Positions 26,920 through 35,852 of a stretch of DNA of 55,977 nt are shown in pieces. The translations under genes were made by a program, and so were the position numbers. This DNA is from Clostridiaceae bacterium (GTDB lineage: Bacteria > Bacillota > Clostridia > CAYPLH01 > DUMO01). The notes beneath the pieces are model-generated. The model worked only from the letters and a program-made list of their open reading frames with translations. It was not told where the DNA came from and searched no databases. Where the stretch lies: positions 1 to 55,977 of the forward strand of contig DUMO01000028.1 in the NCBI GenBank assembly GCA_012839865.1, read 5' to 3'. Position 1 is the stretch's first letter; the number at the start of each line of letters is the position of its first letter.

Positions 26920-29304
26920 TTATCTACGAAATGCCCATCTGGGACCTGCTTCTTTAACATATTTTTCTGAGAATATCTCGTAAGCGCCTTCATAGTCCCC
27001 GCTGGCAAGTTTCGCATAAAGGTTGGCCATATCTGCCCACCAGGTGGTAAGATCCGTTACCATCTTGTTGAAAGCTGTCAACTCTACATCTCCGCTGGAG
27101 TACTTATCTATAAATGCCTTCATCTCAGGATCGCTGAAGTTGTTATTTGCAACCATGTCTGCAAGTTCAGCATACTTCTTGTCCTGCAGCATTTCAACCA
27201 GCTTAACCGTAAAGTTGCACCAGTCATCAGCTATTGCATTGATTTCATCAACAGAGCTCAAATCCATATCCAATATTGCTTTTCTCAGGCTTGTTTTTGT
27301 TTCATCTGCAGCATTTATAAATTTCACGGTTTCTTCCCATGTGGGTTCATAATAAGCAAGTGTATCTTTAATTACACCGGTGTCGCTTTCCCACAGTGCA
27401 GCAAGTTCCTTAAGGCCTTCGGTGTCGATAAGGTCAACCTGGTCAAGCAGGAACTGCTGTACATCCTTCGCAGCTGCAACTTGTGCCTTGAATGATTCCA
27501 CATTAGCCTTTATAGCCTCTGTATCGATTGCGGCAACTGCTGCTTCAAAGGAGGCAATTGCTTCGTTGACCTGTGCCAGGTAGTCCTGATACATCTGGTA
27601 GTATTTCTCAACCTCTGCAAGGTACTCGTCTATAGCACTCTGATCCAGGAACAATGCGAGGAATTCCTCAAGTTCCTTATTGTCAACGATCTTAGAAATA
27701 ATGGTGTCAATATCTCCTGTATTGATAGCAGCTGTAATATCGTTCAATGTATTCATGGCTGTATTGTATATGCCATAGTATTCCTCGATATCCTTTGCAA
27801 TATCGCCAACTATGTCAGAATCAACAAACAGAGCCAGGAATTCCTGTACAGCGGTATTATCCTTCAAAGTGTTTATTGCCCTTTCGATATCACCGTCGTT
27901 AACAGCAGCGCTGACTCCATCCAATGCAGCCAGAACATTATTGAACTTGGTGTAATATCCCTTGACATCATTTGCATACTGGTCAACGGTAGCTCTATCA
28001 ACAAACATTGCAATGAAGTCTTTCAGAGCAGAATCACTGACAAGTCTGTTAATAGCGGCGTCATAATCTCCATTGTTGACATCATCGCTTATTCCTTTGA
28101 AGGCTCCTAAAACATTGTTGTACATTGAGTAGTATTTGTCTATATCTGAAGCATATTTATCGATCTCTGCCCTGTCAAGGAACAGGCCAAGGAAGTTTTT
28201 AATTTCATCCTTGCGGGTCAGGCTGGTGACAGCACCATCGATATCTCCGCTTGTGAGTTTTGCGGTAATATCATTGAAGGATGTCATTGCAGCGGTATAT
28301 TTTGTAGTGTAGTCCTTAACGGTTGAAGTATATTCATCGATCTTGTCACGGCTTACGAACCAGGATGCCAGGTCTTTTAGCTTTTCATCTTCAATGATAT
28401 TGGTGACAATCTCATCAATACTGCCTTCAAACTTAATAGACATGATTGGATCCAGCCATGCCATTAATTTCTCCTGTCCTGATTCAAGGCTCTTGGAGTA
28501 TTTGCCAAGATCCTCTGCTGTTGCAAAATAGATGGCACTGTTGACCAGTTCGCCGTCATTCAGAATGGTTTTTACATATTCTCTGAATTTAGCTTCTGAA
28601 AGAGCTTCCGAAGCGGCAAGCTTGTCTAGGAATGTTGCAACTGTTCCAGACTGGTTGGCTTTAGCTTTGTTAATTTCATTCAAGATGTCGTCTCTGTAGC
28701 TTACTGCAAGATCTGCAATTTTATCCTCATAGAGCTCTATTAAAACAGTAATATTTCCTGAACCGAATTTAACATCTTTTACACCAAATACTACCGGGAT
28801 TCCCAGGTCGGCATATTTTATATTGTATGTCAACACTTCTGCGGGTATTTGGTTCTTGACAAAACCGGGTGCATTCATGTTGGCTAATTTCAAACTATCA
28901 GCCTTGATGACAAGACCGTCAGCCTGGATATCAACATTAATCCGGGCGCTTAACGGAGTGTTTAAAGCACCGTATTTTGCGTTGATATAAATTCTCCGAT
29001 CCTTGGTGTTTAAGAAGACTTGCTTGAGTTGAATATTATCAGGAAGTCCTAAATCCATTGAACCCATTAAATCCACAATCAGCGAATTTATTAAATCCTG
29101 ATCAAGGCTGACTTCCACAGTCTTGTTCGCAGCATCATAATATGTATGCTTACGGGCTATTTCGGAAACAATGTCTTCAACCTTCCTGTACTCAAAACTG
29201 CAATCATATTCTGAATTATGTATTTTTAATATGATTCCGGCAGGTATTGCTATTAGAATTACTACTACTGCAACAATAATAGCGATTAACCACTTTTTAT
29301 TCAC
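26920..29304 (-). CDS. Membrane-anchored extracytoplasmic protein with five 59-aa alpha-helical repeats; function unknown
   Basis: GTG start with RBS GGGGGTG; N-terminal TM helix; beta-rich domain (aa ~60-190); repeats at aa ~295-589; own terminator. Confidence 0.85.
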   Translation of the reverse strand: MNKKWLIAIIVAVVVILIAIPAGIILKIHNSEYDCSFEYRKVEDIVSEIARKHTYYDAANKTVEVSLDQDLINSLIVDLMGSMDLGLPDNIQLKQVFLNTKDRRIYINAKYGALNTPLSARINVDIQADGLVIKADSLKLANMNAPGFVKNQIPAEVLTYNIKYADLGIPVVFGVKDVKFGSGNITVLIELYEDKIADLAVSYRDDILNEINKAKANQSGTVATFLDKLAASEALSEAKFREYVKTILNDGELVNSAIYFATAEDLGKYSKSLESGQEKLMAWLDPIMSIKFEGSIDEIVTNIIEDEKLKDLASWFVSRDKIDEYTSTVKDYTTKYTAAMTSFNDITAKLTSGDIDGAVTSLTRKDEIKNFLGLFLDRAEIDKYASDIDKYYSMYNNVLGAFKGISDDVNNGDYDAAINRLVSDSALKDFIAMFVDRATVDQYANDVKGYYTKFNNVLAALDGVSAAVNDGDIERAINTLKDNTAVQEFLALFVDSDIVGDIAKDIEEYYGIYNTAMNTLNDITAAINTGDIDTIISKIVDNKELEEFLALFLDQSAIDEYLAEVEKYYQMYQDYLAQVNEAIASFEAAVAAIDTEAIKANVESFKAQVAAAKDVQQFLLDQVDLIDTEGLKELAALWESDTGVIKDTLAYYEPTWEETVKFINAADETKTSLRKAILDMDLSSVDEINAIADDWCNFTVKLVEMLQDKKYAELADMVANNNFSDPEMKAFIDKYSSGDVELTAFNKMVTDLTTWWADMANLYAKLASGDYEGAYEIFSEKYVKEAGPRWAFRR

Positions 29305-29392
29305 AAAAGTTCACCCCCAACATTAACTTCTTGCATAACTTGCAGTTATGCAAAATTTTAAAGTAAAACAATGCTCGTCCCATTAAAAAACC

Positions 29393-29696
29393 TGTAAGTC
29401 TGTTTCCCAAGCACCCTTGCCTTAAGCGGTCTAAGTGCTTTATCACTATGCTGCCGAAACTCAGGATGTATTGTTCATTATTATCCCCCCCCAATAAACA
29501 AGCATAGTACAAGCTACATTTTTCAGGAAATTGCATTGCTTTGATAATCCGCCACAAGCTGAGGGTATTTAAGATCTCAAGCCCGTAGCAAAGCCAGGCA
29601 ATTCAAATTCCATTTTGGTATTCAGCCCGATTCCGGGCCACTCCGTTAATACCTGTCACACTTCCGTCCGGGAGTGTCTTTTTCAAAGGACTTACA
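29393..29696 (-). ncRNA. Candidate ~305-nt multi-stem structured RNA or cis-regulatory leader, family not recognised
   Basis: 8-bp closing stem (29393-29400 with 29689-29696) enclosing five nested helices; G-U pairs in the longest helix favour the minus strand; followed by a U tract. Confidence 0.4.
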
Positions 29697-30271
29697 ACTG
29701 TTATTTCCCTCTTCCCGCAACCGAAGACATTGCCAATATCAAATTTTACAGATACCGGTCATTCTTCCGTTGGGACAATATTGCGAGAAACAGGCCAAAA
29801 GGAACTTACTTTCCTTTAACCTTGATTTATATAAAAGCAGATAAAGTATTAATGCTTTTATTTATAATTTAAAGTTAACTTGTAAAGGGTGTTATACTAT
29901 TCCAGTTTATTTCTAAAGTTTACCGTCTTTCTTTATTATGCCATAAACTTTTACTTGCTTCAAGTTTAAGTATGAACTTCATTGAAATATTTTTCTACAA
30001 GTATAAAACGTGATTTTAGGTTAATTTACACAAAACTGTTCCCTGACATTGAAAAAAGGTCTCAATCATCCGGATCTTCCTGTATAAAAATGTATATGTG
30101 GGTTTTGGAATAATATTACATGAAATATTCCAAAGTCTGAATTTTTTGCGGATGCTTACTGGTTGGGCAAGAGGTGCAGGATAAATAATTCCATTATTGA
30201 AATAATCGCTATCCACCGATATAATTATACTATAAAGCAATACAAATAAGTTTTCACAAGGAGTTGTTCCA

Positions 30272-30607
30272 ATGGAAACAGTCGTTAGTTCCTACAGCTT
30301 TAACAATGCTGTCAACAGCGGCCGGATGTATTTTGGGAATATATATGCATTCCTTGTGCTTGCCAACCATTTTCATAAAAAATCAGGAATGATGCCTGAC
30401 CCGGGAGATGCCCGGAAAGGCAGCTATAACCGCAGTTCTGTTATAGGCCACGGAGATGTGTCCATCATGCAGTGTTTGACAATAATGAAAGAAACCAGGC
30501 ACGATGATGTGTTGTCAATTGAGTTGGAAGGCCTGGAAGACCCTATAAGAGGTATTGAATCCGGTCACAAAAACTTAAAATGTTTTGTGAAAGAAATATA
30601 CGGCTAG
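30272..30607 (+). pseudogene. Internally deleted sugar-phosphate isomerase/epimerase (xylose-isomerase-like TIM barrel) remnant
   Basis: RBS AAGGAG. N-terminus VSSYSF..AV.SG.M and C-terminus VIGHGDV...LSIELEGLED..GIESG..NL match the two ends of this ~290-aa family, but the ORF is only 111 aa. Confidence 0.55.
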
Positions 30608-30755
30608 ACGGATCTATTTCGTCTGGCCATTTATTTTATTTTTTAAGTGGAGTGTGGGTTAATATGGAAAAAAAAGATTGTAATATGATTTTAAATGATT
30701 GAATAGTATGTACTGTGTTGCATTACAACTACTTTAGTGAAAGGGGAAGTAATGT

Positions 30756-31109
30756 ATGGGCATATCTGTCAGCAAGGTTGAAAAATGGGCAAAAAAGAAG
30801 AAAACAGCCAAACTTGTAAAGTTTGCAGAATCAGATGATAAAGACATCCGCGTTGCCATTGCAAAAGGGCTGGGTACCATTGAGACAGAGGACTCTGCTA
30901 ACGGACTTGTAAACATGCTTCGGGACCCTGATCCGGATGTCCGCATCGCTGCAGCAGAATCCCTTGGTACGGTTGGAAATAGCAGATCCATAGAATTTGT
31001 CAGGTATATTGTTAATAATGACACTGATGAGAATGTACGTAAAGCAGCAGGGGAAGCTTTAAACAGGCTGAAAGAAAAAATCAATAAAGAGTTGTTGGCT
31101 AAAAAATAA
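30756..31109 (+). CDS. Small HEAT-repeat protein
   Basis: RBS AAAGGGG; three HEAT/PBS-lyase-like repeats (DKDIRVAIAKGLG, DPDVRIAAAESLG, DENVRKAAGEAL). Confidence 0.88.
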   Translation: MGISVSKVEKWAKKKKTAKLVKFAESDDKDIRVAIAKGLGTIETEDSANGLVNMLRDPDPDVRIAAAESLGTVGNSRSIEFVRYIVNNDTDENVRKAAGEALNRLKEKINKELLAKK

Positions 31110-31144
31110 TTATTACGCCATTATCCACATTCCACGACCTATTT

Positions 31145-31173
31145 TTTACAATCCACATGTTTTATGTTATAAT
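31145..31173 (+). promoter_or_regulatory. SigmaA promoter of trkAH
   Basis: TTTACA-17 nt-TATAAT with an extended -10 TG. Confidence 0.7.
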
Positions 31174-31328
31174 ATCTACTAATTCAAATTTTTCCGGCAA
31201 ACACAGTCAGACAGAATATGTAATAACTTTGAAAGTTTAACCGTCATATATTTTAAAAAATAATAACATGATAAATTTAGGACGGTTAATCATGTGAACA
31301 TAAATACTTGAAGGGGAATGCGTAAAAA

Positions 31329-32666
31329 ATGAAAATAATGATTGTAGGGGCAGGCAAGCTTGGATACAAGCTGGCCAATTCTTTATCTTCGGGTAATACG
31401 GATATTACGGTTATTGATACCAGTGCTGATGTTCTTAATGACATCAGCGAGCAGCTGGATGTCATGGTTATTCAGGCAAGCGGTACACAGATTTCCACGC
31501 TTAAGGAATTGAACATACATACATATGATTTCATCATTGCAGTTACAGACAATGATGAAACCAATATTGTAATCAGCAATCTCGCTAAAAAGCTTGGTTG
31601 CAAAAAAGCAATTGCCCGGGTTCGAAATCCTGAATATAATGAGCATTTAAACTTTCTGAAAGCAAGCATGGACATAGACCATGTCATAAACCCGGACCTT
31701 GCAACTGCGAATGAATTTGAAAGGTACTTGTTCAAAAGCAATACTTTCTATTCCGGGGATTTTGCCAATGGGAAAGTTACGATGGTGGATCTCAATGTTG
31801 CAAATCTACCTGGGTTTGCAGGTAAAAAATTAATGGAGCTTGATATCATAAAAAGAGGTCTTCTTATTGTTGCAATTTCCAGGAACGGCGAAATAATAAT
31901 TCCTAACGGTTCAACAAAGATTTTAGATAATGATACTTTATACATAATAGGCAAGTCCGAAAATATAAACAGCCTGTCCGCAAAATCCAACTCATTGCTG
32001 CCTACCAGGTACATAAAAAAGGTTATGATTTTAGGCGGCGGAAAAATTGGCTACTACTTAACGAAAAAATTAACCGGTCTTGGGGTTGCGGTAAAAATTA
32101 TTGAAATAGACATGAGGAGGTGCGAATACCTTTCGGAAAATCTGCCCGAAGCCCTTGTTATCCATGGAGACGGAAGCAACATGGGTCTTCTTGAGGAAGA
32201 AGATATTTCAAAGATGGATGCATTTATAGGCGCAACAGGTTTTGACGAAGAGAACCTTCTTATGACTCTTTTAGCCAAGCAGGCAGGTGTAAAAAAAGTC
32301 ATTGCAAAGGTAAGCAAGCCAAACTATGTGAAATTGATTGAAAAGCTGGGTGTCGACATAGCATTAAGCCCCATAGACATCACTGTAAGCGAGGTTCTGA
32401 AACATATCCGGGGAGAAAACACGGTATCCGTCTCGCTTCTTTTGGGTGGACAGGCTGAAATTACAGAGGTAATTGCCGAGAAAAAAATGTCCATCGTCGG
32501 CAAGCCACTATACCAGGCCAATATTCCAAAGGGAATAATTGTTGCAACAGTGGTGCATGAGGGGCAGGTCATAATACCCAACGGCAAGACGGTTATACAT
32601 GAAAATGACAGGATGATTATATTCAGCCTCTCTTCACAGTTTACACCGGAAATTCTTTTCAAGTAA
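31329..32666 (+). CDS. trkA: Trk potassium uptake regulatory subunit (two RCK_N/RCK_C pairs)
   Basis: GAGKLG and GGGKIG Rossmann motifs, VTDNDETN, IARVRNPEY, IIPNG. Confidence 0.95.
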   Translation: MKIMIVGAGKLGYKLANSLSSGNTDITVIDTSADVLNDISEQLDVMVIQASGTQISTLKELNIHTYDFIIAVTDNDETNIVISNLAKKLGCKKAIARVRNPEYNEHLNFLKASMDIDHVINPDLATANEFERYLFKSNTFYSGDFANGKVTMVDLNVANLPGFAGKKLMELDIIKRGLLIVAISRNGEIIIPNGSTKILDNDTLYIIGKSENINSLSAKSNSLLPTRYIKKVMILGGGKIGYYLTKKLTGLGVAVKIIEIDMRRCEYLSENLPEALVIHGDGSNMGLLEEEDISKMDAFIGATGFDEENLLMTLLAKQAGVKKVIAKVSKPNYVKLIEKLGVDIALSPIDITVSEVLKHIRGENTVSVSLLLGGQAEITEVIAEKKMSIVGKPLYQANIPKGIIVATVVHEGQVIIPNGKTVIHENDRMIIFSLSSQFTPEILFK

Positions 32667-32681
32667 AAGAGGGTGGATTTT

Positions 32682-34130
32682 ATGAATTATGGAATTGTAT
32701 TGAAACTAACCGGGAAGCTGCTATTGCTTGAAGCATTGGTCATGGTGCTCCCCCTTGGAATTTCGCTTGTTTACGGGCAAAAAGATGCCGTTGCCTTTAT
32801 TATCAGCATAGCGTGTACTGCACTGTTTGGTTTTATTTTGTCAAGGTTTTCAAATAAAAAAACTCAGATTAAAATACGGGACAGTCTTGCAATAGTGTCT
32901 TTGGTGTGGATTCTTTACTCATTGTTCGGTTCCCTGCCTTTTCTTTTTTCAGGCAGCATCAATTCTTTAGTCGATGCTTTTTTTGAAACGGTATCCGGAT
33001 TTACTACAACAGGCTCAACCATATTGACAGATATCGAATCCCTCCCGAAGGGCATTCTTTTTTGGAGGTCCCTTACAATATGGCTTGGGGGAATGGGTAT
33101 ATTGGTATTCACTGTGGCAGTTTTCCCTGCCCTGGGCATGGGCGGATATCAGATTTTCAAGGCTGAAAGCCCTGGTCCCACCACTGAAAAAATTGCTCCC
33201 AAAATCCAGGATACAGCAAGAATTCTTTACACAACATACTTTGGAATCACGCTTCTTGAAATAATACTGCTGCTTTTAGGCGGTATGAATCTATTTGACG
33301 CATTAATTCATTCCTTCGGAACAGTAGGAACAGGAGGCTACTCAAACAGGAATCTCAGCATAGGCGCTTACAACAGCACATATATCAACCTGGTAATAGC
33401 AGTTTTCATGGTTTTATCAGGAATAAATTTTTCACTATATTACAGCCTGTTCAAGGGCAGGTGGAAAGATATACTGCAAAACAGTGAATTGCGTCTTTAC
33501 CTGGGAATAATAGCTGTCAGTGTGATTTTGATTGCAGTTGACATAAATCAACATGTTTTCAGGAATATTTTCAAATCCCTGGAGCAATCATTCTTCCAGG
33601 TTGGCTCAATAATATCGACAACAGGTTATTCAACTGTTGATTTTGACAAATGGAGTACCTTCAGCAAAGGCATACTTTTTACATTAATGTTTGTCGGTGG
33701 ATGCGCAGGTTCCACCAGCGGTTCCATTAAAAACATCCGTATCCTGGTTATATTTAAAATGATAGGCCGTGAATTTAAAAAGACAATACATCCAAAAGCT
33801 GTAGTTCCGATAAAGGTTGGAACAAGGACGTTGCCGCAGGATACGGTAGCATCCATTTCAAGCTTTGTCATGCTATTCATAATTATTTTCGTCATTGGTA
33901 CATTGCTTGTTTCACTGGAAGGAGTTGATCTTGTAACTGCTGCCACTGCTACGGCTGCCACCCTGGGAAATATAGGTCCCGGCCTTGGCATGGTGGGACC
34001 CTCATGCAACTTTGCTTTTTTCAGTTCCGGAACAAAACTGATCCTCTCCGCCCTGATGCTTCTCGGAAGACTTGAACTGTTTACCCTGATTCTTTTATTC
34101 TCCAGAAGGACATGGACAGATGAGGTATAA
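32682..34130 (+). CDS. trkH: Trk potassium uptake permease
   Basis: FETVSGFTTTG, GGMG, GTGGYS, STTGY, GGCAGSTSGS, LGNIGPGL pore-loop motifs; start at ATG 32682. Confidence 0.95.
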   Translation: MNYGIVLKLTGKLLLLEALVMVLPLGISLVYGQKDAVAFIISIACTALFGFILSRFSNKKTQIKIRDSLAIVSLVWILYSLFGSLPFLFSGSINSLVDAFFETVSGFTTTGSTILTDIESLPKGILFWRSLTIWLGGMGILVFTVAVFPALGMGGYQIFKAESPGPTTEKIAPKIQDTARILYTTYFGITLLEIILLLLGGMNLFDALIHSFGTVGTGGYSNRNLSIGAYNSTYINLVIAVFMVLSGINFSLYYSLFKGRWKDILQNSELRLYLGIIAVSVILIAVDINQHVFRNIFKSLEQSFFQVGSIISTTGYSTVDFDKWSTFSKGILFTLMFVGGCAGSTSGSIKNIRILVIFKMIGREFKKTIHPKAVVPIKVGTRTLPQDTVASISSFVMLFIIIFVIGTLLVSLEGVDLVTAATATAATLGNIGPGLGMVGPSCNFAFFSSGTKLILSALMLLGRLELFTLILLFSRRTWTDEV

Positions 34131-34284
34131 AGCAAAGTTTGATATAGTTATGACATCAACTGTTGTTGATTCATATGCAATCTGTTCTGATATATCTGTT
34201 TGTTCTGCATACTTTTCATTTCTCAGATACCTGGCAATGTAGAAGCTGATTATTTATGAAATAATACTTCTGAACTCAATACTA

Positions 34285-35325
34285 TTATTCATTTATAACC
34301 AGGCTTTTCATTGCCTGTAATACCGAGTCCCTGTTTTCCTCCACCTTGCTGTAAAGAGTCCAGCCGGAAACATGTGCGAAACTTTTCTCCGATTCTACGG
34401 CACAAATCCAGTATGCAATTTCAACCTTGCTGGCGGTGCCTTTGATTCCTGCTAAAATTGCTTTTTTGCCATTTACCTCTGTGTCCATGGGTTCGCTGAC
34501 CACATAGCTTTCCATTGTTTTCAGCACATTCCCGACAACAAGGTTGTAATAATCCAAAAGGGTAATATTATCATCCAACTGCTCTTTTTCGTGATATACA
34601 GCAATGACGTACTTGTCCTCACTCCTTGAAGTAACCGCTATATCCGCATCTTTGCCGAGTTCTTCATCTTTGCTGTTCCAGTGCTTTGGTACGGTAAGTT
34701 CCATTTTCCCGTCTTCACTTTTAACAGCCATCACACCCGATTCTTTGGGTTTGGCTCCGGTTTCAGCTGTTGATGACGCTTTAACTTTCTTCCTGAAGCT
34801 TTTCACAATATCAAGTATCTCTTCCTTGCTCTGGTCATATCTGGACTCTAAAGTCCAGCCTGTAACCTGTGTAAAACTGTCCCCGGAATCAACTGCAAGA
34901 AGCCAGTAGACAACTCTGGAATCACCTGTTGAACCCTTTATTTCTGTTAAAATTGACTTTTTCCCGTCAACAATGATTTCTGTTGGTTCTGAAACCTTGC
35001 AATCATAAAGCTCATTATTGAAATTTTCGATTAATATTTCATAATAGTCCTCTAACTTTATTGACTCTACAAATGCCTTCTTGCTTTCATCAATTACAAA
35101 TACATGACTCTCATCGTTTTGGGATGACACTTCAAGCCGGGCTTCCGGATTCAATTTAATTTTGCTTTTTTCCCAGTTGCCCGGTAGCTTAAGGCTTAGT
35201 CTTCCATCCTCACTTTCCACGGTTTTTTCAGTTGCATCAAAAAAGCTGCCGGTTTCCTGCGAACATCCGCATAATGCCAGCAAAACACACAACACCAATA
35301 TTATTTTGAAAATATTTGATTTCAT
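34285..35325 (-). CDS. Lipoprotein with two tandem PsbP/DcrB-like domains
   Basis: Lipobox LCGC. Two homologous ~140-aa halves (SEDGRLSLKLPGNW...VTGWTL / SEDGKMELTVPKHW...VSGWTL) joined by a short linker. Confidence 0.75.
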   Translation of the reverse strand: MKSNIFKIILVLCVLLALCGCSQETGSFFDATEKTVESEDGRLSLKLPGNWEKSKIKLNPEARLEVSSQNDESHVFVIDESKKAFVESIKLEDYYEILIENFNNELYDCKVSEPTEIIVDGKKSILTEIKGSTGDSRVVYWLLAVDSGDSFTQVTGWTLESRYDQSKEEILDIVKSFRKKVKASSTAETGAKPKESGVMAVKSEDGKMELTVPKHWNSKDEELGKDADIAVTSRSEDKYVIAVYHEKEQLDDNITLLDYYNLVVGNVLKTMESYVVSEPMDTEVNGKKAILAGIKGTASKVEIAYWICAVESEKSFAHVSGWTLYSKVEENRDSVLQAMKSLVINE

Positions 35326-35344
35326 TCTGATTTCTTTTACCTCC

Positions 35345-35815
35345 CTACACCACGGTTATACAACAAAATGCCTGAATTCCCTCGCCCCGTCCAAATCCGG
35401 TCAATCCTTCTCCTGTAGTAGCTGTAATACCTATGCAGTCAGGCGGAATATCCAGCAGTTTAGAAAGACTTTCGCGAATTTGCGGAATTTTCGGGCTAAT
35501 TTTGGGTTCCAGACATTCTATCGAAACCGAAAGGTGCACTATCTTATTTTCTCCCAGGTACTTCATTGCTTCCCGGACATATTCACTGCTATCGGTTATG
35601 CCCTGCAGCCGGCACATTCTGTCGGCAATTTCCCCCAGAATATTTACGCAGGTTACTCCCGAAATCGCATTTGTTATTGCATGTAAAATTACATCGGCAT
35701 CACTGTTTCCTTCAAGACCCGGATAACCTTCAAAAACAACTCCTCCCAAAACCAGTTTTTTGGCTGAGCTGTTTAAGTCAAACCTGTGGCTGTCCTGTCC
35801 AATCCCCACTTTCAT
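35345..35815 (-). CDS. ispF: 2-C-methyl-D-erythritol 2,4-cyclodiphosphate synthase
   Basis: GIGQDSHRF, SDADVILHA, ITATTGEGL..GRGEGI. Confidence 0.95.
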   Translation of the reverse strand: MKVGIGQDSHRFDLNSSAKKLVLGGVVFEGYPGLEGNSDADVILHAITNAISGVTCVNILGEIADRMCRLQGITDSSEYVREAMKYLGENKIVHLSVSIECLEPKISPKIPQIRESLSKLLDIPPDCIGITATTGEGLTGFGRGEGIQAFCCITVV

Positions 35816-35852
35816 CTTTTACCTCATCCTTTCCATAAAACCGTAATTTAAA

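Noticed and set aside
27538..28422. Periodic sequence considered as a CRISPR array or DNA-level tandem repeat
   Set aside because: The periodicity (177 nt) is at the protein level with heavy nucleotide divergence; there are no identical repeats with unique spacers and no cas genes in the window.
29581..29640. GCTGAAT and GCAAAGCC words suggesting c-di-AMP (ydaO) or c-di-GMP-I riboswitches
   Set aside because: The other required elements (GGGGAACC/GGGGTGAATC for ydaO; GGCAAAC..GAAA..GACGCAAAG for c-di-GMP-I) are absent or out of order.
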